From Myxococcales bacterium (GTDB lineage Bacteria > Myxococcota_A > UBA9042): a DNA stretch of 64,000 nt. Shown here piece by piece: positions 9,530 through 19,509 of the stretch. Both the position numbers and the translations under genes were made by a program. The stretch is taken from the NCBI GenBank assembly GCA_037441385.1, contig JBBISH010000011.1:1-64000 (forward strand). Reading direction: 5' to 3'. Within the stretch, counting starts at the first letter, position 1; every line of letters starts with the position of its first letter. The notes beneath the pieces were generated by a model that was not told where the DNA came from, made no database searches, and saw only the letters and a program-made list of their open reading frames with translations.

Positions 9530-10681
9530 CTAGATAGAGTGAGCCGATCGTGGACGCGCGGCAATGGCTGCAGCGTAGTGGCCGATCCATTGGTCCACGG
9601 CGTGCGACCAGGATGCGTGCGCGTCGGCCCATCGCTTGCCGTTGGCGGCGAGCTCTGCCGCCAGACCTGGCTCGTCGAGCAAGCGGTCGAGCGCCGCGGC
9701 CAGCCCCGCGCTCTGGTCCGGCGGCGCCAGCAGCGCGCGCTCACCGTGCAGCAACACGCCTTGATAGGCCGGGAGATCGCCCGCCACGATAGGGACTTGC
9801 AGGGCCATCAGTTCCAGGAAAGTCGACGGCACACCGTCGGCCATCGGCACCGAGATCGCGGCGTCGGCCAGTGCGTAGAGCCCGGCAAGCTCGTCGTAGG
9901 CCAGACGCGGAGCCAAGATCACCCGGTCCCGCACGCCCAGCCGCGCGGCCAAGGCCAGCACGCCCTGCATGTAGCTGTCTTCGCCCTCGCGACCGTGAAG
10001 CTTTTGCAGCAGCACGCCCTGCTTGGCCCACTTGCTCGCAGCAAACGCCTGGACGATGCGTTCGATGTGGTAGTGCGGCTTGGGCTGGCGCGGCGACAGC
10101 AGCACTTTGGCGCCGTCTGGGATGCGGAGTTCGCGGCGGAACCGCTCGGCCAGCGGCTGGACCAGGGCGCGGTCAAAGGCCGTCATGTCCGCGCTCCAAA
10201 ACACCAACTCCAGCGGGAGCTTGCGCTCACCCAGCCGCTGTTGCGCCAGGCGCAGCAGCGGCCACGAGTCCGCGGTGATCGCGCTGGCGCCCTGCAAGAT
10301 GGCCTGGACAGCGGCCTCGTAGCGGGCCGAGCGCTTGAAGACCTCGCGGTTCAGGTCGCTGCCCCAGGCCGTGGCGATATAGGGCGGACCGTCCGGAAAG
10401 GCCGTCCAAACGCGCTGCTTGGGCCGGATAAAGTTGAGGTGGACGACGTCGACGCCCAGCCGGCGCACTTCGCGGCGCAGCCACAGGGTCCGCAACGGCG
10501 GTAGCCACGGCGGCGGGCCACGCAACTCCTCGCACTGGCTTCGAAACTCAGTGCGAATCTGCTGCGCGACCTTGGGCGCGTCCAGCACCACGACGCGATG
10601 GCCGCGCTCGGCAAGGGCCGCCCCCAACCGCGCTTGCTGCGGGGCTGTGGGGTCGCCGTCCAGCAGTATGGTCCAGCCCAT
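9530..10681 (-). CDS. GT4 family glycosyltransferase
   Basis: TAWGSD, ADAAISVPMADGVPSTFLELMALQVPIVAGD (GT-B Ex7E-like region). Confidence 0.85.
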   Translation of the reverse strand: MGWTILLDGDPTAPQQARLGAALAERGHRVVVLDAPKVAQQIRTEFRSQCEELRGPPPWLPPLRTLWLRREVRRLGVDVVHLNFIRPKQRVWTAFPDGPPYIATAWGSDLNREVFKRSARYEAAVQAILQGASAITADSWPLLRLAQQRLGERKLPLELVFWSADMTAFDRALVQPLAERFRRELRIPDGAKVLLSPRQPKPHYHIERIVQAFAASKWAKQGVLLQKLHGREGEDSYMQGVLALAARLGVRDRVILAPRLAYDELAGLYALADAAISVPMADGVPSTFLELMALQVPIVAGDLPAYQGVLLHGERALLAPPDQSAGLAAALDRLLDEPGLAAELAANGKRWADAHASWSHAVDQWIGHYAAAIAARPRSAHSI

Positions 10682-10797
10682 CAAGAAGGTCCGTGCGGGG
10701 CCCGAGCCACCGCGGTGCGTAGGGTGCCCGACAACGGGCAGCGGTGCAACGTGCGTCCGGGGCGGACGGCATCGGCAGAAACAGCTTGCCGTTCAAA

Positions 10798-11754
10798 CTA
10801 CTGCGTGTCCGACAACTCGGCCAGGTCCGCGGCTTCGCAAACCACGCGCACCTTCAGGCTGCGGGCCGTGCGCTTGACCAATCCTGGCACAGCACCGGCC
10901 GGACCGCACGCGATCGCCCGGGTGTAGCCCGCAGCGCTCATTGCGGACACCGCTTCTTGCCACAGCACGGGCGCGACCATCTGATCGACGAGCAAGCCCG
11001 CAAATGCACTGGGATCGGCGAGCAGGTTCTCGACGATCGTCGACCGAATGGGCACGCGCGGCGCTGCAAAATCGACGCCGATCAGGGCCCGAGCCAAGCG
11101 CTCGCCAGCCGGCTGCATCAGCGGTGAATGAAACGGCGCACTCACGGCCAGCGGCAAGGCCCGCAGGGCACCGCGTTCGACGCAGACCGCACTGGCCCGA
11201 GCGACGGCCGCCGCGTGCCCGGAAATGACGTTGTTTGCGGCATCGTTGTGGGTGGCACAGACGACCACCTCGCCCGGCCCCGGCTGGCTGTGCGCCACTT
11301 CGGCGCAAACCTGCTCGATCACGTCGCGCGCCAACCCCAAGATGGCGGCCATCGCACCCTGCCCCTCTGGCACCGCTTCCTGCATCAGCCGGCCGCGCAG
11401 GCGCACCAGCTGCAATGCCTGGGCCAGCGGCAGGCAACCCGCGGCCACCAGTGCCGACCACTCGCCCAGCGAGTGCCCAGCCATCACCCCCACGCTCTGG
11501 CCCGCGTCTAGAAGCCGCGGCTCAGCCACACGAAAAGCCGCAATGCTGTGCGCCAGGATCGCCGGTTGGGCAAATTCGGTCCGCTGCAGCTGATCTTCGG
11601 GCCCATCCCAACACAGCGCCGACAGACCAAAGCCCAGTGCTTCGTCCGCTTCGGCAAACACCTCGCGCGCCGCCGCTTCGCCCACCAGCGACTGCCCCAT
11701 TCCCACGAATTGCGAGCCCTGGCCCGGAAACAACACCGCAACTTGATCTGCCAT
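10798..11754 (-). CDS. fabD: Malonyl-CoA:ACP transacylase
   Basis: LFPGQGSQ, AQPAI, catalytic GHSLGE, RGRLMQEA, VSAPFHS. Confidence 0.93.
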   Translation of the reverse strand: MADQVAVLFPGQGSQFVGMGQSLVGEAAAREVFAEADEALGFGLSALCWDGPEDQLQRTEFAQPAILAHSIAAFRVAEPRLLDAGQSVGVMAGHSLGEWSALVAAGCLPLAQALQLVRLRGRLMQEAVPEGQGAMAAILGLARDVIEQVCAEVAHSQPGPGEVVVCATHNDAANNVISGHAAAVARASAVCVERGALRALPLAVSAPFHSPLMQPAGERLARALIGVDFAAPRVPIRSTIVENLLADPSAFAGLLVDQMVAPVLWQEAVSAMSAAGYTRAIACGPAGAVPGLVKRTARSLKVRVVCEAADLAELSDTQ

Positions 11755-11826
11755 AGCCACTCCGCTCCGGACCTGCAACATTCCAACGATCTTCAAGGCG
11801 CCGCGGGCAGATGGGCCGAGCTGACG

Positions 11827-13062
11827 CTAGACTTTGCTCAAGATCAGCGACGTGTTGATGCCGCCAAAGGCAAAGTTGTTGTTCATCACCACCTGCAGCG
11901 CCTTCTGCCGCGGCGCCCCGACCACGTAATCCAGCGCCGCGCAACGTGAATCCACCTCGTCCAGGTTCCGCGTGGGCGGCACCAGGCTGTCGCGCATGGC
12001 CGCCAGGCAAATGATCGTCTCGATGCCGCCGCAGGCCCCCAGCGTGTGCGCGGTGTAGCTCTTGGTCGAGCTCACCGGGATCCCGCCACCCAGCACGCTG
12101 AAGGTTGCCTGACTCTCAGCGATGTCGCCCAGCTCCGTCGCTGTGCCGTGGGCGTTGATGTAGTCGATGCGGTCCGGGGCGATCCCGGCGTCTTGCAGGG
12201 CCAACTTCATCGCTCCGGCCATGCCTTCCCAAGAGGGGCGCGTGATGTGCTGTCCGTCGCAGTTGGTCCCGTAACCCAAGATTTCTCCATAGATCTTCGC
12301 CCCGCGCGCCACGGCTCGATCGTAGGTTTCCAAGATCACCGTCGCGGCGCCTTCGCCCACCACCAGACCGTCGCGGCTGGCGTCAAAGGGCCGCGGGCTC
12401 AACTCTGGCTGATCATTGAACTTGGTCGATGTCGCGTACATGATGTCGAAGATGCCCGCGTGGGTGAAGTGCAGCTCTTCGGCACCGCCGCAGATCATCA
12501 CGTCTTGCTTGCCTTCGGCGACGGCCTCGTAGCCATAGCCGATCGCCTGGCTGGCGCTGACGCAAGCCGAGCAGGTGGTGATGATCCGCCCCTGAATCCC
12601 GTAGTACATCGCCAAGTTGGCGGCGCAGGTGTGGCTCATGAAGGTCAGGTAGCCCGTCGATTCCAGGCCGGCCAGGCTGTTGTTGGCGAACACCTGGCGG
12701 GCATAGATCTCCAGCTCCGACGTCGAGCCGTGCGTCGAGCCATAGGCCAGCCCCACGCGCCCATTGCCCAAGTCCGAGCCCGCCAGGCCGGCATCTTCGA
12801 GCGCCCGGTCGGTGGCAAAGGCCGACAGCAGCGCAACCCTACCCATCGTCCGCACTTTCTTGCGCGGAAAATCGCTGCGCTCAACCCCGTGCACCGGCGC
12901 GGCCAGCCGCGTGGCCAACTGCCCGATCCGGTCCCAATCGGCCATGTGGGCGATCCCGCCGCGCATTTCCGCCAGCGACACGGCCACGTCGTCCATCGTG
13001 TTGCCGATCGGGCTGCACAGGCCCAACCCCGTGATGACGACGCGCTGTTTGTGTCCGCTCAT
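11827..13062 (-). CDS. Beta-ketoacyl-ACP synthase (FabF-like, aryl polyene ApeR type)
   Basis: RVVITGLG, MSHTCAAN, SACVSASQAIG (catalytic Cys), RPFD..RDGLVVGEGA, NAHGT, HTLGACG, NNFAFGGIN; ATG 13062 overlaps the fabG stop. Confidence 0.9.
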   Translation of the reverse strand: MSGHKQRVVITGLGLCSPIGNTMDDVAVSLAEMRGGIAHMADWDRIGQLATRLAAPVHGVERSDFPRKKVRTMGRVALLSAFATDRALEDAGLAGSDLGNGRVGLAYGSTHGSTSELEIYARQVFANNSLAGLESTGYLTFMSHTCAANLAMYYGIQGRIITTCSACVSASQAIGYGYEAVAEGKQDVMICGGAEELHFTHAGIFDIMYATSTKFNDQPELSPRPFDASRDGLVVGEGAATVILETYDRAVARGAKIYGEILGYGTNCDGQHITRPSWEGMAGAMKLALQDAGIAPDRIDYINAHGTATELGDIAESQATFSVLGGGIPVSSTKSYTAHTLGACGGIETIICLAAMRDSLVPPTRNLDEVDSRCAALDYVVGAPRQKALQVVMNNNFAFGGINTSLILSKV

Positions 13063-13799
13063 GCCAACCCCCCATTGATACCAATAACTTGTCCGGTGAT
13101 GTAGGCCGCGGCATCGCTGGCCAAGAACGCGACCAGGGCGGCCACCTCGTCGGGCCGGCCCATTCGCCGCATCGGAATGTACTGTACCGCCTCGGGTGGC
13201 ACATCCTGGACCATCTCGGTCTCGATGAGGCCGGGCGCAACCGCGTTGACCGTCACGCCACGCTTGGCCATCTCTTGCGCCAGCGAGCGAGTCGCGCCGA
13301 TCAGCCCGGCCTTGGCTGCGGAATAGTTGGTCTGCCCGCGGTTGCCCATCACGCCCGAAACCGAGGAAATCGTGATGATGCGTCCCCACTTGCGACGCAC
13401 CATGGGCATCACAAGCGGCTGGGTCACCGCGTAGAATCCGTCCAGGCTGGTTCGCGTGACCGACTGCCACTGGTCCAGGGTCATGCTGGGAAACGGCGCA
13501 TCGTCGATGATGCCCGCGTTGTTCACCAAGATGCCGATCGGTCGACTGGCCAAGTCCAAGCTCGCCAGACCGGCTGCGACGGCATCGGGATCCGCGACAT
13601 CGAATTGCACCAAGTCGGCGCGCACACCAAAACTGCGAACTACTTCGGCCACTTCCTCTGCCGCCTCGCGCCGGGCGTGGTAGTGCACCACCACGTCGTG
13701 ACCCTGCTGGGCCAGGGCCTTGGCGATCGCGGCCCCAATGCCCCGGCTCGCCCCGGTCACAAGGGCGCGCGTGGGCTTGGCGTACAACAGGTTGCTCAC
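13059..13799 (-). CDS. fabG: 3-oxoacyl-ACP reductase (ApeQ/FabG-like)
   Basis: TGASRGIG, NNAG, YSAAK, NAVAPGLIETEM. Confidence 0.9.
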   Translation of the reverse strand: MSNLLYAKPTRALVTGASRGIGAAIAKALAQQGHDVVVHYHARREAAEEVAEVVRSFGVRADLVQFDVADPDAVAAGLASLDLASRPIGILVNNAGIIDDAPFPSMTLDQWQSVTRTSLDGFYAVTQPLVMPMVRRKWGRIITISSVSGVMGNRGQTNYSAAKAGLIGATRSLAQEMAKRGVTVNAVAPGLIETEMVQDVPPEAVQYIPMRRMGRPDEVAALVAFLASDAAAYITGQVIGINGGLA

Positions 13800-14230
13800 A
13801 GTACCTCCGCAAGATCACGCGGTTGCGCTACGTTCAGCACCGCTTCGGCCACCAGCACACCGCCGTTCAGCACCGAGCAGGCAAAGCTGCCCAACTGCGC
13901 GTCGCCCCAGGTTCGCTGCGAACTGACGATCAACTCGGCACCAATGGGCACGTAGTCGCACGTCAACTGCAAATCGCGACAACCCAACAAGAACCCCAAG
14001 CGGACCGGCTCGCCGGCCTCGCGCCCCTGCAGCCCGGCAAACGCCGCCACCGCCTGAGCCATGTACTCCAGCGTCACCAGCGCCGGCAAACCGTGCTCTT
14101 CGACAAAGGGTCGCCCTGCGGCCACCGTTGCCCGCGCCACCAAACGGTCGGCGGCCGCGTCCACGATCTGGTCCAAGAGCACCATCGGCCCGGCATGGGG
14201 CACCAGCTCGGAAACGGGCGGGAAATTCAT
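13796..14230 (-). CDS. Hotdog-fold 3-hydroxyacyl-ACP dehydratase (ApeP-like)
   Basis: LVPHAGPMVLLD, EYMAQAVAA, LGFLLGCR; overlapping start/stop codons with both neighbours. Confidence 0.85.
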   Translation of the reverse strand: MNFPPVSELVPHAGPMVLLDQIVDAAADRLVARATVAAGRPFVEEHGLPALVTLEYMAQAVAAFAGLQGREAGEPVRLGFLLGCRDLQLTCDYVPIGAELIVSSQRTWGDAQLGSFACSVLNGGVLVAEAVLNVAQPRDLAEVL

Positions 14231-14997
14231 GGCGCCCCCCGCAACGGCGCGACGTCCACGCTCCACCCGGGCGCCAGCGGGACCGTGACCCGCGCGTCGC
14301 CCAAGGCGGCGTCGACCAGGGCCAGACCACCGCGCGCTGGATTCGCCTGCAAGTCGATCGGCACGCGAGCAGCCCAGGTGGCATTCGCACGCGCCGCCAA
14401 CGGCTGGATCTCGGCCAGGGCGTGCGCCGGATCCCCCACCAGCCACAAGGCCACCGCCAGCGGCGAAAACCGGACGGAGCTCAAGAAATCCGGAGGCTCC
14501 GCGTCGGCCACGGCCACGATCACATCCTGCTCGCCGGACTCGAGCAAGACCTGCGCCTCCAGCAGCGCCATCGCTAGCGTCGCCTCGCCCGCCGCGACCG
14601 ACGTCGCAAACCCGCGCTGCCCCACCGCGATCGAAAGCTGCCCGATACACGCGTTGTGCACACTGGCTGCAAAACGCGTGGGCGAAAGCTCGCTTCCCGG
14701 GCTGTGCAACTGCCCCAGCAGTTCGGCCAGCGCCGCGGTCTCGCCGTAGGCCGAGCCAAAAACGACCGCCGCGCGCCCCAAGTCGAGCGGCGCGCCGCCG
14801 GAGCCAGCCGCGGCCTGGGCGATGGCGTCCAGTGCCGCCCGCGTCAGCAGGCTTGCGCGTCGCCGCTGCATCGCCGGCAACAGATCCCCGCGCGGCAGCG
14901 CTGGCGTCGACGCCGGCTCGCGTGCCGCCCACGCCGCTGCCGAGGCAAACGACGGAGTCCAGACCCCGATTCCGGCAAGTCCCACGGCCGCGCTCAC
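14227..14997 (-). CDS. Ketosynthase chain-length factor (ApeC-like, non-catalytic)
   Basis: LPAMQRRRAS, VFGSAYGE, LSPTRFAASVHNA; no catalytic Cys; GTG start overlaps the upstream stop. Confidence 0.8.
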   Translation of the reverse strand: MSAAVGLAGIGVWTPSFASAAAWAAREPASTPALPRGDLLPAMQRRRASLLTRAALDAIAQAAAGSGGAPLDLGRAAVVFGSAYGETAALAELLGQLHSPGSELSPTRFAASVHNACIGQLSIAVGQRGFATSVAAGEATLAMALLEAQVLLESGEQDVIVAVADAEPPDFLSSVRFSPLAVALWLVGDPAHALAEIQPLAARANATWAARVPIDLQANPARGGLALVDAALGDARVTVPLAPGWSVDVAPLRGAP

Positions 14998-16184
14998 GCT
15001 GCCCCCACTACAACGGCCGCGTTGTTGCCACCGAACGCAAAGGAATTCGAAACCACCACCTTGACTTGCGCAGCCATAGGCGCGAGTGCGAGGCGCACTG
15101 GAATCGCCGGGTCCGGGGCGGCACAACCCAGATTCGCCGGAATCAGCCCATTCTCTAGGCACAGGGCGCTCAACACGGCCTCGACCGCGCCGGCCGCACC
15201 CAGTAGGTGGCCGGTGTAACCTTTGGTCGACGAGACCCATGGCCGCTGCGCGAACCCAGGGTCGCTATCGCCAAATACCCTTTGAATGGCCAGACCTTCG
15301 GCGATGTCATTGAGGGGCGTCGCCGTCCCGTGGGCGTTGACGTAGTCCACCGCATCGGGCCGCAAGCCGGCCAAGGCCAGGCCGCGCCGCATGGCCGCTT
15401 CAGCTCCCGCACCCTCGGGATGGGGCGCGCTCAGGTGATGCGCGTCGCAGCTCTCGCCCACGGCCAGCAGCCGTACCCGCGCGTCGCCATGGCGCTCCAC
15501 CAAGAGTAGCGCACCGCCCTCGCCAATGCTGATGCCATCGCGGTGCTCGTCAAACGGTCGGCAAGGCTGCGGCGAGATGGCCCCCAGGCTGGCAAACCCG
15601 TGCAGGGTCGTCCCGCAGAGCGTGTCCAGGCCGCCCACCAAGGCCGCGTCGATGCGGCCAGCGGCGATCCAGCGCTGCGCCGTGGCCAAGACCTTGGCAC
15701 CGGACGAACAGGCGGTGGACACCACCATTGCCGGGCCCGACAGGCCCGCAAGCGACTGCACCACATGCAGTATTCCGTCATACGCATGTTGATTGGCAAA
15801 GTCGTAGTTGGTCGGCAAGCTGCCGCGGGCGAGCCATTGCGCGTGGGCCAGCTCACTGGCATGGATGCCGGCATTGCTGGTGCCAAGCAGCACCGCCACC
15901 CGACCGGCCCCCCACCGCTCGCGAGCGCGCCGCAGCTCCGGCAGCAGATCGCCCACGAGCTGTGCCGTCAACCGAGCCAGGCGACTGTCGAAACGGCGCA
16001 GTTCCTCTGGCAGTTCCTTCAGTGGACCGAGCACGCCCACGTGGGTCGCCACGCTCCAATCTACGGCGGCAGGCTGCAACCCACCACGGCCCGAGGCAAG
16101 GGCGCGCACATGCCCCGTGGCATCAGCGCCAAGGGCACTGCAAACGCTGTAGGCTGTGATAGAAACGGCTGGAAGGGCACCCAT
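14994..16184 (-). CDS. Beta-ketoacyl synthase (ApeO-like)
   Basis: VSTACSSGAK, CRPFDEHRDGISIGEG, DAHHLSAPHP, NAHGT, KGYTGHLLGAAG, SNSFAFGGNN. Confidence 0.88.
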   Translation of the reverse strand: MGALPAVSITAYSVCSALGADATGHVRALASGRGGLQPAAVDWSVATHVGVLGPLKELPEELRRFDSRLARLTAQLVGDLLPELRRARERWGAGRVAVLLGTSNAGIHASELAHAQWLARGSLPTNYDFANQHAYDGILHVVQSLAGLSGPAMVVSTACSSGAKVLATAQRWIAAGRIDAALVGGLDTLCGTTLHGFASLGAISPQPCRPFDEHRDGISIGEGGALLLVERHGDARVRLLAVGESCDAHHLSAPHPEGAGAEAAMRRGLALAGLRPDAVDYVNAHGTATPLNDIAEGLAIQRVFGDSDPGFAQRPWVSSTKGYTGHLLGAAGAVEAVLSALCLENGLIPANLGCAAPDPAIPVRLALAPMAAQVKVVVSNSFAFGGNNAAVVVGAA

Positions 16185-16238
16185 TGCGCGGCCGCGTATA
16201 GCACGCCCAGGCCACAAAACGCCAGCCGATCCACACCA

Positions 16239-17072
16239 TCAAGTCGGCAAGAGCTCGCTCAACGTGACGGATCGCATTCCACTTTCTGACATGCTTTCAA
16301 GAAGTTGAGGCAGAACGACCAAGACAGCGTGGGAGCGGTCGGCAGGCCCGTCCACGCCGTCGTGCAAGACCAGGATCGCCCCGGGGCGCAGGTCTTTCCG
16401 CAGGCGCGCCAGGGCGACATCGGCTTGCGCGCGCGCCACACCGTCGCGAGCGGTGGCCGTCCAAATCACCAACCTTTGTCCGGTCATGGCAGACGCCAGC
16501 GCCACCGGGGGACTGACCAACCCCACCGGCGGTCGAAACCATCGGGGCGCCACGCCGGCAATCTTCTGCAGCAACTCGCTGCTTTCGCGCAATTCTCTGG
16601 CAAGCATCCGCGCCGGCAGCGCCGGCGTCCACGGCACATGGCGCCAGCTGTGATTGCCCAGTTCGTGGCCGCGGCGAACGATCTCGGCCACCAAGTCGGG
16701 GTGCGCACTCGCCTTGTGGCCTATCACAAAGAACGTGGCCCGCTGACCGTGGCGGTCCAGCAGGTCCAGAATTTGCGGCGTGTGCACGGGGTGCGGGCCG
16801 TCGTCAAAGGTGAGCGCCACCACCGACTCGCTCGTGGTGCAGCCCAACACCGGCCGGGCAAAAAGACCAGTCTGGGGCGCAGCTACCCCCACGCCGACCA
16901 CCGTCAGCAATCCGGTCAGAGCCAGCAACAGGGCCCAAGTCGGCACGGCCGTGCCCAGCCCCGCGCGGATCACGAGCGCCCACGGCACCGCCAGCGCCAG
17001 GCCCAACAGCCACGGGCCGCCGCGCCAAGCCAGCTCGGGGGTGCGCGATGCTTCTTCCACCCGCCGACTCAC
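16239..17072 (-). CDS. Membrane-anchored polysaccharide deacetylase (NodB/CE4)
   Basis: ALTFDDGP, ATFFVIG, GNHSWRH, WFRPPVG, ILVLHD; two N-terminal hydrophobic segments. Confidence 0.88.
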   Translation of the reverse strand: MSRRVEEASRTPELAWRGGPWLLGLALAVPWALVIRAGLGTAVPTWALLLALTGLLTVVGVGVAAPQTGLFARPVLGCTTSESVVALTFDDGPHPVHTPQILDLLDRHGQRATFFVIGHKASAHPDLVAEIVRRGHELGNHSWRHVPWTPALPARMLARELRESSELLQKIAGVAPRWFRPPVGLVSPPVALASAMTGQRLVIWTATARDGVARAQADVALARLRKDLRPGAILVLHDGVDGPADRSHAVLVVLPQLLESMSESGMRSVTLSELLPT

Positions 17073-18073
17073 CGCACCCGCGCATTGACCACCACATGCA
17101 CGCGACTGACCTTGGGCCAGTCGGCCAGCTTCATGGTGCGCAGGGTGCAAAGGGTGGTGTGGTTGTCCTTTTCGCCTGGGTCGATCGAGTCCTTGCTGTC
17201 GCAGGCGATGGTCTGGCGACCGTCGGCCGTGTCAAAGCTGGCCGATACGCTAAAGGCGATCTCCACAGTGCCCGTATTGGTCACGCCCACTTGCAGAACG
17301 GGGTGGAACGTGTCGTTGGGGTCGTCGGCGGCGGCTTTGGCGATGTCGCCGGCCGTGGGCACCCGCTTGGCCACGACTTCGGTGATCGTCAAAGGTCCCA
17401 CAGCGATTCCGACCTTGGTGCGGCCGCCCTTGTCGAACGGAACAGATTTGTCCAGCGTCCACGGCCCCTTGCCCGGGTCCGCCTTGGCGCCACCCTTGGC
17501 CGGCTCCGCTTTGGCTGGCTCGTCCTTGGCCGATTCCCCCTTTGCTGGCGCGGCCTTGGCCGGCTCAGGCTTGGCGGGCTCGGACTTGATCGGTTCGGAT
17601 TTGGCAGGTGCCGGCTTGGCCGGTTCGCCCTTGGCCGGCTCGGGGTGCCGTTCTCCGTCTTTCTTGGCCGGGGGATCTTCGGCCGGAGCGCTGGTGTCGC
17701 CCCCAAGGGCCTCGATGCGCGCCCGCGCCTCTTCGCGCCCCGCCACTTCCTTCTCGATCGCGATGTACTGACGATAGATCTCGATCGCCTCGGCCTTTTG
17801 GCCGGCGGCCTCGCGAGCGCGTCCGGCGTTGAACAAGAGCGGCGGCCGCTTGGCCAACTCAAACGCCTTGAGGTACAGCCGCGCGGCAATGTCGTACTGG
17901 CCTTCCATGTAGCGACGCTTGGCCAGCTCCGCAATGGCTTTGGCATCTTCGGCCGGCTGTGCGGCATGCGCGACCGGGCTCGCCACGTGGGCGATCAGCA
18001 GCGCCGCCGCCGTGGCCACGGCCATCGCCAAGGCAGCGACCGATTTTCCTGCGTTTGTCTTAGTTTGCTGCAT
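17069..18073 (-). CDS. Secreted TPR-containing protein with (AKxEP)n linker
   Basis: Signal peptide; TPR-like YDIAARLYLKAFEL..PPLLFNAGRAREAAG; pentapeptide repeats at ~17470-17645. Confidence 0.65.
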   Translation of the reverse strand: MQQTKTNAGKSVAALAMAVATAAALLIAHVASPVAHAAQPAEDAKAIAELAKRRYMEGQYDIAARLYLKAFELAKRPPLLFNAGRAREAAGQKAEAIEIYRQYIAIEKEVAGREEARARIEALGGDTSAPAEDPPAKKDGERHPEPAKGEPAKPAPAKSEPIKSEPAKPEPAKAAPAKGESAKDEPAKAEPAKGGAKADPGKGPWTLDKSVPFDKGGRTKVGIAVGPLTITEVVAKRVPTAGDIAKAAADDPNDTFHPVLQVGVTNTGTVEIAFSVSASFDTADGRQTIACDSKDSIDPGEKDNHTTLCTLRTMKLADWPKVSRVHVVVNARVR

Positions 18074-18095
18074 CGACCTGCCTCGTCGCACGCCG

Positions 18096-18740
18096 CTACG
18101 GAGTCGCGGTGCCCGCTGCCGGCGTGGCAGCCGCAGGGGGCGGAGCAGGAATTGGCTCGGCGGCCGGCGGCGCCATCGGCTCGGCCCGCGGGGGCGCGAT
18201 CGGCGCAGGCGGCGGAGCCGGCACGTCCACGGCGCGGCGCGCGACCGCGCCGGCAAAATGGGCCGACTTGATCCGACCCGACAGCAGCGATCCCAGCGCA
18301 AGGCCTGCAAAAGCACCGATGGCGGTACCCATGCCGATCGTCAAGCCCGCATTGCTCGTGCCGTTGCCGTCCGACCCTTGCACCCCCGTACCGACCAAGG
18401 CACCGACCTGGGCCAAGGCCACCGCGCACAGGATCGAGGGCCACGTGCGCACGTCGTCGGTGGTCAAGATCGCCTCGGTCCCCGGCTCTTTGGGCAACGA
18501 GGCCTGCAACACCCGCTCCGCATCGGGCATGGTCGACTCGACCGGCGCCACATTTTCGGCCGGGTCGACCGCCAGGATGCGGTGCGTGTCGACCTCGCCG
18601 TCGTCCAGGAGCCGAACCGGCCCAGAAAACACTTGCTTACCAACAAGTTCGTGCGCAGGCACCGCATAGCGGATCGGCACGCCGCACGCGGGAGTGGTCC
18701 CTAGTAGCAGCACGGCCAGCAGCTTCCTGGTCTGATTCAT
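18096..18740 (-). CDS. Hypothetical lipoprotein/membrane protein with Pro-rich tail
   Basis: MNQTRKLLAVLLLGTTPAC lipobox-like; Gly-rich hydrophobic segments. Confidence 0.55.
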   Translation of the reverse strand: MNQTRKLLAVLLLGTTPACGVPIRYAVPAHELVGKQVFSGPVRLLDDGEVDTHRILAVDPAENVAPVESTMPDAERVLQASLPKEPGTEAILTTDDVRTWPSILCAVALAQVGALVGTGVQGSDGNGTSNAGLTIGMGTAIGAFAGLALGSLLSGRIKSAHFAGAVARRAVDVPAPPPAPIAPPRAEPMAPPAAEPIPAPPPAAATPAAGTATP

Positions 18741-18874
18741 CGGCAACTCCCGGTGCCCTTGCGCCGGCTGGCTGCGGGCTAGCTCAGCGAGGATGCGCCA
18801 AGCCTAGCCCTTGCCGTGGGCCGACACAACTTGCCCCGCCAAGAGTCGCGTCTCAGGTCCTGCGGAGTCCACGT

Positions 18875-18991
18875 GAATCGGCTCGGAGACTTGGGCGATT
18901 CTTCCGGCCCCAAACGGGACCGCGTCTGATTCTCGCCGGTTGCAGACCGGATCAGAGAAACGGTACAGGTCCAAACCAGCTGGAGTGCATA
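18875..18991. repeat. Dispersed ~118-bp intergenic repeat, copy A
   Basis: Aligns with 49934-50051 at about 92/118 identities with one gap (hand count). Confidence 0.8.
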
Positions 18992-19378
18992 TCAGTCGAT
19001 GGGCGTGCCGGTCTGCACTGGACTGGTGCTGCTCGAGGCCGAGAAGATCCGCTCGTCCAGGTGCGCGGCCTTCAGGATGCGCAGACCAGGGTCGTCCGGG
19101 TTCGAATGCTGCGGAGTCACGCTGGGCGTGCCGCGGTGCCGCTCGTCCAAGTGCCCAGCCACGGTCTCTACGCCCGGGTAGTGCAGGCCTTCGATCACTT
19201 TCTCGGCGCCGGCATGGATGGCCGCGTCGACGGCGATGGCCTCTTCTTCCGCGTTGTGGACTTCGCCATCCAGGTAGGTGGCGTCGTTGGCGATCACGGT
19301 GACGTGCACGCCATCGACCCCGCGCGACTCGATGGCCTGCGTGATCACTTCTTGTTGGCGTTCAACTTTGTGCATCAT
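18992..19378 (-). CDS. BON-domain-like protein
   Basis: GVHVTV..DATYLDGEVHNAEEEAIAVDAA..AGAEKVIEGL resembles a BON domain; GGAGG RBS. Confidence 0.6.
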   Translation of the reverse strand: MMHKVERQQEVITQAIESRGVDGVHVTVIANDATYLDGEVHNAEEEAIAVDAAIHAGAEKVIEGLHYPGVETVAGHLDERHRGTPSVTPQHSNPDDPGLRILKAAHLDERIFSASSSTSPVQTGTPID

Positions 19379-19509
19379 GGCGTCCTCCTTGCCCCTTGCC
19401 ACCAAGATAGGACGGCGGCGCCCACAAGCACGCGCCGGGGTACGGTTGCCGCTGGCGGCCGCTGGTCGTATCGTCACACCGGCGGCAATCCGCCCTGTCG
19501 AGCGCGACC

